This document shows, piece by piece, positions 1 through 7,331 of a DNA stretch of 13,079 nucleotides; position 1 is the first letter of the stretch; every line of letters begins with the position of its first letter. Below the pieces are notes generated by a model. That model made no database searches, was not told where the DNA came from, and saw only the letters and a list, made by a program, of their open reading frames with translations. The position numbers were made by a program, and so were the translations under genes. Source of the DNA: Candidatus Eiseniibacteriota bacterium. GTDB lineage: Bacteria; Eisenbacteria; RBG-16-71-46. The stretch spans positions 1 through 13,079 of the forward strand of contig JANLOX010000009.1 of assembly GCA_031366795.1 (NCBI GenBank), read 5' to 3'.

Positions 1-1
1 G

Positions 2-1040
2 CGCGACGATGCCAGCACTTCGGACCTGTTCTTCCAGACGTCCGATGCGACGTGGCAGGCCTACAACGGCTATGGCGGCAACAGCCTCTACACCGGCACC
101 GCTCCGTTCCCCAACGGTCACGCGGCGAAGGTCAGCTACAATCGCCCGTTCTCGACGCGCGCCGGTGGCGCGGGCGGAGGTGCTGCCGAGGACTGGGTGT
201 TCAACGCCGAGTACCCGATGGTGCGTTTCCTCGAGGCCAACGGCTACAACGTGACTTACACCACGGATGTCGACACCGACCGCAGCGGCAACCTGATCAC
301 GAACCACAAAGTATTCATGTCGGTGGGCCACGACGAGTACTGGTCGGCGGGCGCGCGCAACAACGTGACGGCGGCGCGTAACGCCGGCGTACACCTGGCG
401 TTCTTCAGCGGCAACGAGATCTATTGGAAAACGCGTTACGAGAACAGCATCGCGGGGACTTCGACGTCCTACCGCACGCTGGTCTGCTACAAGGAAGGCA
501 CGCTCGGCGAAAACGTCTGCAACACCAAGTGCGACCCGCTTTCCACGAGCTGGACCGGCCTGTGGCGCAGCGGCTGCTCGAACACGCCGCCGGCCGATGG
601 CTGCGCTCCTGAAAACGCGCTGTCGGGGCAGATCAGCTGGGACGGCACTATCGGCACCATGCAGGTGCCCGACACGTACAAGAGCCTGCGCTTCTGGCGG
701 AACACCACGGTCGCCGCACTCGGCGCGGGCCAAACCGAGACGCTGACCCCGAACACGCTCGGCTACGAGTGGGACTGGGAACAGTATCCCGTCAGCTATC
801 CCTCCGGGCGCATGCAGTTGTCGGGCACGCTGCTCAACAACCGCGTGCATCATTTGTCGCTGTATCGCGCGAGCAGTGGCGCACTGGTGTTCGGCGCCGG
901 CACCGTGCAGTGGTCGTGGGGGCTCGATGGCACGCACGACCGTGGCGGCAGCACGCCCAGCGCTTCAATGCGCCAGGCCACCGTGAACCTGTTCGCCGAC
1001 ATGGGCGTCCAGCCGGCCACACTGGTGGCGGGGCTGGCGC
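2..1040 (+). other. Domain of ORF-A: N,N-dimethylformamidase large (beta) subunit-like amidohydrolase domain (DUF6605-type)
   Basis: Family motifs TWQAYN (50-67), GGNSLY (74-91), VSYNRPF, EYPMVRFLEANGY, GHDEYW (326-343), FFSGNEIYW, PENAL, GYEWD (761-775), GALVFGAGTVQWSWGLD. Confidence 0.85.
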
Positions 1041-4000
1041 CCGCGACGATCTCCACCGATCACATCGGTCCCACGACCGTGATCACCTCACCGATCAACG
1101 GCGCGCAGGTCGCGAGCGGCTCTGCCGTCGTGATCACCGGCACCGCCACCGATGCCGGCGGCTCGGTCGCCGGTGTCGAAGTATCGTTCGATGGCGGCAC
1201 GACGTGGCACCGCGCGGCGGGTTTGGCAGGGTGGAGCTACACGTGGTCGCCCGTGGCCACCGGCCCCGTGACGATCAAGTCACGCGGTTTCGACGACAGC
1301 GGCAACATGGAAGGCGTGGGCGAGGGCGGCACGGCGAATGTCGTCAGTGTCAACGTGGTCGCGTCGAGCTGCCCGTGCTCGATCTGGAATTCCGCGGCGG
1401 TGCCGACGACGCTCGAGGACTCGGACAACGTTCCGGTCGAGCTCGGCGTCAAGCTGCGCGCCTCGACCGCGGGCTTCATCACCGCGCTGCGCTACTACAA
1501 GAGCGCCGGCAACACGGGTACGCACATCGGCAGCCTGTGGAGTGCGGCGGGATCACTGCTGTCGCAGGCCACCTACACCGGTGAGACCGCATCGGGCTGG
1601 CAGCAGGTCACGTTGAATGCGCCGTTCGCGGTGGCGGCCAACACCACCTACATCGTGTCCTACCACACCATGGTGGGCCGCTATTCGTCGGACAACGGCT
1701 ACTTCGGCAGCTCCGTCGGCGGGGTACCGCTGCGGGCACTCGCCGATGGCGAGGACGGCGGTAACGGCGTCTACGCCTACTCGACGCCAGTCACCTTCCC
1801 GAACCAAACTTTCGGCGCGACGAACTACTGGGTCGACGCCGTGTTTACCACCACGACCACGCCCGACCAAACGCCGCCGACCGTGCTGTTGCAGTCGCCG
1901 GCCAACGGGACATCGGGCGTGCCCACGGGCACCAGTGTCTCGGCCACGTTCAGCGAAGCGGTGCTCGCCACTTCGGTGGGCAGCAGCACGTTTGAATTGC
2001 GCGACAATAACAATGCGCTGGTCGCCGCCTCGGTCAGTTATGACGCCCTGGCGCGCACCGCCCTGCTGACACCCGCGAGTCCGCTTGCGTACTCGACGGT
2101 CTACAGCGCGCGCCTCAAGGGCGGCGGCGTCGACCCGCGCATCAAGGATCTCGCGGGCAACGCATTGGCGGCCGATGTCACCTGGTCGTTCACCACCACG
2201 GCGCCGCCGCCGCCACCGCCGACGGATGGCCCCGGCGGCCCGATCCTCGTGATCAGCAAGACCACGAATCCGTTCAGCCGCTACTACGCTGAAATCCTGC
2301 GCGCCGAAGGCCTCAATGCGTTCTCGGCGATGGATGTCTCGCTCGTCGACGCCTTGGTGCTGGCCAACTACGATGTGGTGATTCTCGGCGAGATGCCGCT
2401 GTCGGGCGCGCAGGTGACGATGCTCACCGATTGGACGAACGCCGGCGGCACACTGGTCGCGATGCGCCCGGATGCGCAGTTGGCGCCGTTGCTGGGGCTG
2501 ACGCCCGTGGGCACCGCATTGTCGAACGCCTATCTCGGAGTGAACACGGCGCAAGGCGCGGGCGTGGGCATCACCGCGCAGACCATGCAATACCACGGCG
2601 CGGCCGACCGCTACGCGCTCAACGGCGCGACGAGTCTCGCCACGCTGTACGCAACGGCCGCGGCCGCCACGGCGAATCCCGCGGTCACCACGCGCAGCGT
2701 CGGCACCAATGGTGGTCTTGCGATCGCGTGGAGCTACGACCTCGCGCGCTCGGTGATCTACACGCGCCAGGGCAATCCCGCATGGTCGGGGCAGAAGCGC
2801 GACGGCCAGAGCGAGCCGATCCGCTCGGACGACCTGTTCTATGGCAACGCCACATTCGATCCGCAGCCCGACTGGGTGGACTTCAACAAGATCGCCATCC
2901 CGCAGGCCGACGAACAGCAGCGGCTGCTCGCCAACGTGATCCTCGAAGGCAACCTGCACCGCAAGCCGCTGCCGAGATTCTGGTACCTGCCGAAGGGCCT
3001 GAAGGCTGCGGTCGTCATGAGTGGCGACGACCATGGCGACACCGGCATGGCGCCGCGCTTCGACATCTACACCAACCAGAGCCCCGCGGCGTGTTCGACC
3101 GATGACTGGGAATGTGTGCGCGCGACCGGCTACGAATACCTGAGCACGCACTTCCTGAATTCCGACGCGCAGTTCTACAACAACTTGGGCTTCGAGGTGG
3201 CGCTACACATCAACACCGGTTGCGTGCGCACCACCAAGGCGCAGTACGACTCGATCGTCACTGCCCAGCTCGCGCAGTTCGCCGCGGCGTTCCCGGGGAT
3301 CCCCGCGCCCCAGACCAACCGCAACCACTGCATCGCCTGGAACGACTGGAGTTCGGTCGCCGAAGTGGAAGCGGCGCACGGCATCCGCTTCGACACCAAC
3401 TACTACTACTGGCCGGCCGCCTGGGTGCAGGACCGCCCCGGCTTGTTCACCGGCTCGGGTTTCCCCATGCGCTTCGCCCAGTCGGACGGCACGCTGATCG
3501 ACTGTTACCAGGCGGTGACGCAGATGCCCGACGAGGCCTCGCTTACGTTCCCAACGTTCTGTGACGTGCTGCTGGATCGCGCCCTCGGGGCCGAGGGCTA
3601 CTACGGCGTGTTCACCGCCAACATGCACTTCGATACGTGGCCGAGCCCCGGCTCGGATGCCATCGTCGCGTCGGCGCTGGCGCGCGGCATCCCCGTGGTT
3701 TCGTCCAAGCAGATGCTCGACTGGATGGATGGCCGCAACGGTTCCTCGTTCGGCAACCTGTCGTGGAGCGCCAACGCCCTGAGCTTCACCATCGCGACGG
3801 TCACCGGTGCGCGCAACCTGCGCGCCATGCTGCCGATGACCGCTGCGAACGGCCGGCTGTCCACGTTGAGCCGCAACGGGGGAGCGGTGGCCTTCACCGC
3901 GCAGACCATCAAGGGCATCGAGTACGCGTTCTTCCCCGCGGATCCCGGTAGTTGGCTCGCCTCGTATGTCGCCGACACCACGCCGCCGGTGATCAGCGCG

Positions 4001-6523
4001 GTGAGTGCGGCGCCACATGGCGATGGCAGTACCACGATCACGTGGACGACGAACGAGGCGGCGAACTCGCGCGTCGACTATGGCGTCTCGGCCTTGGGCC
4101 TGAGCCTCAACGCCAGCGCCGCGACGCTCGTCACGAGCCACACCGTCACGCTGACGGGACTCTCACCGAGCAACACCTACTACTACCGCGTCACCTCCGC
4201 CGACATCTCCACCAACTCCGCGACCGAGCCGCCGCTCGCATCCTCGCCGCTCAGCTTCACCCTGCCGGCTGCGCCCTGTTTCTCAGATGCGACGGACGCG
4301 AACTTCGCCGCCGGCACGCAGAGCAACACCGTCGTCGTGAACAATGGCGATGGCGAAGTCATCCTGGCGCCTGCATTGGGCAACGAGTTCTCGGGCACCA
4401 CGCTGCCGGCGGATTGGGTGAGTAACCAGTGGAGCGATGGACTGCCGGGTGGAGCGACGGTCGCCAGTGGCGGCGTCTCGGTCGCGGGCGCGCGGCTGAC
4501 GACCGTGAGCCTCACGGGGTACAGCGCGGGGCGCGTGCTGGAATTCTCGGGCACCTTCGGCGCGGCCGCCTTCCAGCACGTGGGCTTCGGCACCGGCGAC
4601 AACACGATGGGCATCGCGGGCATGTTCGGCGCCTCGGCGCAGTCGTGGGCGATCTTCAGCACGGGTGCGACCGCAGGGCCGAGTCTCTACGCGCGCCTCA
4701 ATCCCGGCGGCGACGTGAACTTGGGCTCGGGCTACGTCGGCTCTGCGCACCGCTACCGCATCGAATGGCGCGCCGACAGCGTCGTGTTCATGATCGATGG
4801 TGCCAGCGTCAACCGCCGCGCAGCGACCTTGACGAACCCGATGCGGCCGGGCGTCAGCGCGCTGCCCACAAGCCCGGCCATCAACATCGATTGGCTGCGT
4901 CTGTCGCCCTACGCGGCGAGCGGCACGTTCGCCTCGCGTGTGTACGACGCCGGCGCGAGCACCGCGTGGAACGCATTGAGTTGGACAGCACAGACGCCCG
5001 CGGGCACGGATCTCGCGATGGCCTATCGCGTCGGGCCCACCGCAGTGCCCGATGGCAGCTGGGGAGCCTACGTTCCGGTCGCCGCGTCGGGCGGTGCCGT
5101 CGGCGTGACCTCGCGCTACATCCAGTACCGCGCCAGCCTCGCCACGACCGATGCGTCGCGCACGCCGGTCCTGCTCGATGTCGCGTTCACGTGCTGCGCC
5201 GACGTCACGCCGCCGGCCGCCATCACGGATCTCGCGGCGCAGCGGCTGGCAAGCGATACCAATGGCGACGGCACGCGGCAAGTGCGCCTGACCTTCACGC
5301 CGCCCGGTGACGCAACCTCGGTCGAAGTTTATCGCGCGAGCTTCGGCAACTACCCGGATTACGATGACGCTCCCAACGCCGGTTCGGTGCCGCCCGTGCC
5401 CTCGTATCCGCCGGCGGCAAACCGCTGGACGCTCACCGGCGTCACCGCGAGCAATCAATCGGACGAAGTCCCGGCGCGCGACGAGTATTACTACGTCGCG
5501 TTCTCGAAGGATGGCTGCGGCAACATCTCGAGCGTCTCGAATCTCACGCCCGGCACGCTCAACTACGTGCTCGGCGACGTGCACGATGGGCAGCCCGGCC
5601 ATGAGTGCGTGGGCAACAACGTCGTGTTCACCGAGGACATGAGCATGCTCGGCGCGAACTATGGCGCGATCCTCGGTGTGCAGGATCCGCTCAGCTGCCT
5701 CGACATCGGCCCCACGCTCACCGGCGCCACGGATTCGCGTCCGCTGACCGACAACGTCATCGACTTCGAGGACCTGATCGTGATGGCGCTCAATTTCAGC
5801 CCGACGCCGCTCGCCGCGACAGGACGCCCCGTGACCCCCGCGCGCGCGCAATCGTCGGCTGCAGACGCAGCGTGGATCGAAGCGCCTGACGCGGTGGATG
5901 TGGACGAGGAATTTGTGGTGCGGCTGCTGCTGACCGCGAACGGCGACGTGCGTGGCGTCTCGGCGCAACTGGCTTGGGACCATTCGATCGCCGAAGCGCT
6001 GGACGTGGCGCCCGGCGACCTCGCGAGCGGCGGGGCGATGCTGCTCAGCCGCGCTCCGGGCAACGTCGACATCGTGCGGCTGGGGAGCGGCTTCTCGGGC
6101 TCGGGCACGCTGGCCGAGGTGCGGTTCCGTGCCTTGAGCGCCGGCAACCCGCGCGCGCGGCTCGGCACGTTGACCGCTCGCGATGCCGCAAACCGGACCA
6201 TCGTGCTCGGTTCGCCGCTCGCGGCGCCGCTGCCTGATGTCCCGGGCCGCACGCAACTCGGCATCATCGCGCCGAACCCGTTCCGCGCGCAGCTGGCGAT
6301 CCAACTCGCCAACGCCCACGCGCAACGGGTGAGGCTGCGCGTCTACGACCTGAGCGGACGCCTCGTGCGACGCCTGGTCGATGGCGACGAGCCCGCGGGG
6401 AGGCGGCTCGTGACCTGGGATGGCCGCGACACACAGGGCCACCTCGCCGCAGCCGGCGTCTACATCGTGCGGCTCGAAGCAAGCGAAGTGCAGATGAGCC
6501 GGAGAGTGCAGCTGCTGCGGTGA
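2..6523 (+). CDS. ORF-A, 5'-partial: very large modular protein, probably secreted. DMFase large-subunit-like (DUF6605) + Ig + DUF4082 + Ig + GATase1-like + CE4-like deacylase + Fn3-like + ConA-like + dockerin-like + cohesin-like + FlgD-Ig/T9SS-type CTD
   Basis: Frame 2 is open from base 2 (RDDASTSDLFFQTSDATWQAYNGYGGNSLY...), so the track's GTG at 197 is internal. It aligns to paralog ORF-C from 11359, implying about 540 nt of missing 5' sequence if the architecture is shared. Stop TGA at 6521-6523. Strong GC3 bias and recognisable motifs along the whole length. Confidence 0.95.
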   Translation, partial: RDDASTSDLFFQTSDATWQAYNGYGGNSLYTGTAPFPNGHAAKVSYNRPFSTRAGGAGGGAAEDWVFNAEYPMVRFLEANGYNVTYTTDVDTDRSGNLITNHKVFMSVGHDEYWSAGARNNVTAARNAGVHLAFFSGNEIYWKTRYENSIAGTSTSYRTLVCYKEGTLGENVCNTKCDPLSTSWTGLWRSGCSNTPPADGCAPENALSGQISWDGTIGTMQVPDTYKSLRFWRNTTVAALGAGQTETLTPNTLGYEWDWEQYPVSYPSGRMQLSGTLLNNRVHHLSLYRASSGALVFGAGTVQWSWGLDGTHDRGGSTPSASMRQATVNLFADMGVQPATLVAGLAPATISTDHIGPTTVITSPINGAQVASGSAVVITGTATDAGGSVAGVEVSFDGGTTWHRAAGLAGWSYTWSPVATGPVTIKSRGFDDSGNMEGVGEGGTANVVSVNVVASSCPCSIWNSAAVPTTLEDSDNVPVELGVKLRASTAGFITALRYYKSAGNTGTHIGSLWSAAGSLLSQATYTGETASGWQQVTLNAPFAVAANTTYIVSYHTMVGRYSSDNGYFGSSVGGVPLRALADGEDGGNGVYAYSTPVTFPNQTFGATNYWVDAVFTTTTTPDQTPPTVLLQSPANGTSGVPTGTSVSATFSEAVLATSVGSSTFELRDNNNALVAASVSYDALARTALLTPASPLAYSTVYSARLKGGGVDPRIKDLAGNALAADVTWSFTTTAPPPPPPTDGPGGPILVISKTTNPFSRYYAEILRAEGLNAFSAMDVSLVDALVLANYDVVILGEMPLSGAQVTMLTDWTNAGGTLVAMRPDAQLAPLLGLTPVGTALSNAYLGVNTAQGAGVGITAQTMQYHGAADRYALNGATSLATLYATAAAATANPAVTTRSVGTNGGLAIAWSYDLARSVIYTRQGNPAWSGQKRDGQSEPIRSDDLFYGNATFDPQPDWVDFNKIAIPQADEQQRLLANVILEGNLHRKPLPRFWYLPKGLKAAVVMSGDDHGDTGMAPRFDIYTNQSPAACSTDDWECVRATGYEYLSTHFLNSDAQFYNNLGFEVALHINTGCVRTTKAQYDSIVTAQLAQFAAAFPGIPAPQTNRNHCIAWNDWSSVAEVEAAHGIRFDTNYYYWPAAWVQDRPGLFTGSGFPMRFAQSDGTLIDCYQAVTQMPDEASLTFPTFCDVLLDRALGAEGYYGVFTANMHFDTWPSPGSDAIVASALARGIPVVSSKQMLDWMDGRNGSSFGNLSWSANALSFTIATVTGARNLRAMLPMTAANGRLSTLSRNGGAVAFTAQTIKGIEYAFFPADPGSWLASYVADTTPPVISAVSAAPHGDGSTTITWTTNEAANSRVDYGVSALGLSLNASAATLVTSHTVTLTGLSPSNTYYYRVTSADISTNSATEPPLASSPLSFTLPAAPCFSDATDANFAAGTQSNTVVVNNGDGEVILAPALGNEFSGTTLPADWVSNQWSDGLPGGATVASGGVSVAGARLTTVSLTGYSAGRVLEFSGTFGAAAFQHVGFGTGDNTMGIAGMFGASAQSWAIFSTGATAGPSLYARLNPGGDVNLGSGYVGSAHRYRIEWRADSVVFMIDGASVNRRAATLTNPMRPGVSALPTSPAINIDWLRLSPYAASGTFASRVYDAGASTAWNALSWTAQTPAGTDLAMAYRVGPTAVPDGSWGAYVPVAASGGAVGVTSRYIQYRASLATTDASRTPVLLDVAFTCCADVTPPAAITDLAAQRLASDTNGDGTRQVRLTFTPPGDATSVEVYRASFGNYPDYDDAPNAGSVPPVPSYPPAANRWTLTGVTASNQSDEVPARDEYYYVAFSKDGCGNISSVSNLTPGTLNYVLGDVHDGQPGHECVGNNVVFTEDMSMLGANYGAILGVQDPLSCLDIGPTLTGATDSRPLTDNVIDFEDLIVMALNFSPTPLAATGRPVTPARAQSSAADAAWIEAPDAVDVDEEFVVRLLLTANGDVRGVSAQLAWDHSIAEALDVAPGDLASGGAMLLSRAPGNVDIVRLGSGFSGSGTLAEVRFRALSAGNPRARLGTLTARDAANRTIVLGSPLAAPLPDVPGRTQLGIIAPNPFRAQLAIQLANAHAQRVRLRVYDLSGRLVRRLVDGDEPAGRRLVTWDGRDTQGHLAAAGVYIVRLEASEVQMSRRVQLLR
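1365..2200 (+). other. Domains of ORF-A: DUF4082 beta-sandwich followed by a Big_5/SbsA-type Ig domain
   Basis: CPCSIW, VELGVK, G.ITALRYYK..GNTGTHIGSLWS, GETASGWQQV, TTYIVSYH, GNGVYAY, TNYWVD.VF. Then DQTPPTV...P.NG..GVP....VSATFSE...TALLTP.SPLAYSTVYSARL...IKDLAGNAL....WSFTT. Confidence 0.85.
2222..3745 (+). other. Domains of ORF-A: class I GATase-like Rossmann domain (~2222-2960) followed by a CE4/NodB-like polysaccharide deacylase barrel (~2990-3745)
   Basis: LANYDVVILGE...L..WTNAGGTLVAM is a GATase1-like fold signature. CE4-like motifs: AVVMSGDDHG (DD at 3026-3031), GFEVALH (3188-3208), TNRNHC (3314-3331), GIRFDTNY, TGSGFP, GVFTANMH (H at 3626-3628). Confidence 0.65.
5561..6210 (+). other. 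Domains of ORF-A: dockerin-like duplicated Ca-binding motif (~5561-5800) and cohesin-like domain (~5870-6210)
   Basis: Repeat 1 YVLGDVHDG...GNNVVFTEDMSMLGANYG; repeat 2 LDIGP...TDNVIDFEDLIVMALNF. Cohesin-like segment V.VDEEFVVRL...DVRGVSAQLAWD....EALDV.PGD...GFSGSGTLAEVRFRAL.AG. Confidence 0.65.
6255..6523 (+). other. C-terminal FlgD-Ig / T9SS type-A-like sorting domain of ORF-A
   Basis: APNPFR...VRLRVYDLSGRLVRRLVDG...AG...VTWDGRD..G...AAGVYIVRL......RRVQLLR*. Confidence 0.85.
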
Positions 6524-6532
6524 CGGAGTTCG
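6524..6532 (+). repeat. 9-bp direct repeat CGGAGTTCG, left copy (right copy at 7323-7331), flanking the mntA-hepT module
   Basis: Exact 9-mer starting immediately after the ORF-A stop codon. The match is certain; the biological meaning is not. Confidence 0.5.
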
Positions 6533-6607
6533 AGCCTGCCTCCATGAATGGTCTGCTATCGCGCTTCACACGATTGCCGCGGTATTCGCCAATTCCAGTG
6601 CTCTGAC

Positions 6608-6665
6608 CGGCGACTTCCGTACGACCGCCCCGCGGCGGTATCGTGGATGTCCGCGGTGGTCGCCG
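6608..6665. promoter_or_regulatory. Putative TA promoter/operator: imperfect nested palindrome over a possible sigma70 promoter (TTCCGT 6615-6620, 18 nt, TATCGT 6639-6644)
   Basis: Outer arms CGGCGAC (6608-6614) / GTCGCCG (6659-6665); inner arms ACGACCGCC (6621-6629) / GGCGGT-AT-CGT (6634-6644). It lies just upstream of the mntA RBS GGGAGG (6671-6676). Confidence 0.3.
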
Positions 6666-6684
6666 AGGGCGGGAGGGTGCGAAC

Positions 6685-6975
6685 ATGCTGAGGGACGAGA
6701 TCATCGATCGACTTCGCAGCTCCCGGGCCGAACTGGACGCCCTCGGGGTCCGCACGCTCGACCTGTTCGGTTCGGTGGCCCGCGGCGATGAGCGGCCCGA
6801 TAGCGACATCGACCTCATTGTCGAGTTCGCCCGGCCCGTTGGCCTGTTCGAGATCACCCGGCTTCGCCTGCGCCTCGAACAACTCCTCGGGCGTAAGGTC
6901 GACCTGGTACCGCGCGACGGGCTGAAGCCACGCATCCGTGATCGGGTGCTGGGGGAGTCGGTGCGTGCCGCCTAG
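6685..6975 (+). CDS. mntA: Minimal nucleotidyltransferase (MNT) antitoxin, type VII TA, 96 aa
   Basis: LFGSVARGDERPDSDIDLIVEF (GSx10DxD Pol-beta NTase motif), LEQLLGRKVDLV, LKPRIRDRVL. ATG 6685 has RBS GGGAGG at 6671-6676 and is preferred to the track's 6643 start. Confidence 0.93.
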   Translation: MLRDEIIDRLRSSRAELDALGVRTLDLFGSVARGDERPDSDIDLIVEFARPVGLFEITRLRLRLEQLLGRKVDLVPRDGLKPRIRDRVLGESVRAA

Positions 6976-7315
6976 GCGCTGGCGACAACGGATCGAAGAC
7001 ATCATCGAGGCGGCCGCGCGCATCGCCCAGGTCACCGCCGGGCGTGACGAGTCCGGGTTCTGCGCCGACCGAATGGCGGTCGACGCGGTTTGCATGAACC
7101 TCATCGTCATCGGCGAGGCGTCACGCCACGTTCCAGACGACATCGCGCAGGCTCACCCCGCGCTCCCGTGGGCGGAAATGCGCGACATGCGTAACCTCAT
7201 CGCGCACGAGTACTTTGGCATCAGCCCGCAGATCGTGTGGCGGACCGCCATGGTGCACGTGCCCGGGATCGTTCCGCTGCTCGAGACCCTGCTCGACTCT
7301 GTCGAGCCGGAGTAA
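6965..7315 (+). CDS. hepT: HEPN-domain RNase toxin (DUF86/HepT family), 116 aa
   Basis: GTG 6965 follows GGGGAG and overlaps the mntA 3' end by 11 nt. Sequence MPPRRWRQRIEDIIEA...DAVCMNLIVIGEA...PWAEMRDMRNLIAHEYFGI...IVW has an intact R-X4-H-X-Y motif (RNLIAHEY). Confidence 0.93.
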   Translation: MPPRRWRQRIEDIIEAAARIAQVTAGRDESGFCADRMAVDAVCMNLIVIGEASRHVPDDIAQAHPALPWAEMRDMRNLIAHEYFGISPQIVWRTAMVHVPGIVPLLETLLDSVEPE

Positions 7316-7322
7316 CAGCCAG

Positions 7323-7331
7323 CGGAGTTCG
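7323..7331 (+). repeat. 9-bp direct repeat CGGAGTTCG, right copy
   Basis: Exact match to 6524-6532, separated from the hepT stop by 7 nt. Confidence 0.5.

Noticed and set aside
197..199. GTG 197 as the start of ORF-A
   Set aside because: The frame is open to base 2 and the upstream codons encode conserved motifs that align with ORF-C.
2204..2221. CCG/CCA run as a phase-variable simple repeat
   Set aside because: It is an in-frame, interrupted run encoding an ordinary poly-Pro interdomain linker.
1553..6442. Long minus-strand ORFs (532, 312 and 719 aa; also 11164..12207) and Arg-rich alternative + frames
   Set aside because: They are shadows of GC3-biased real genes, lie wholly within well-supported CDSs and show no motifs.
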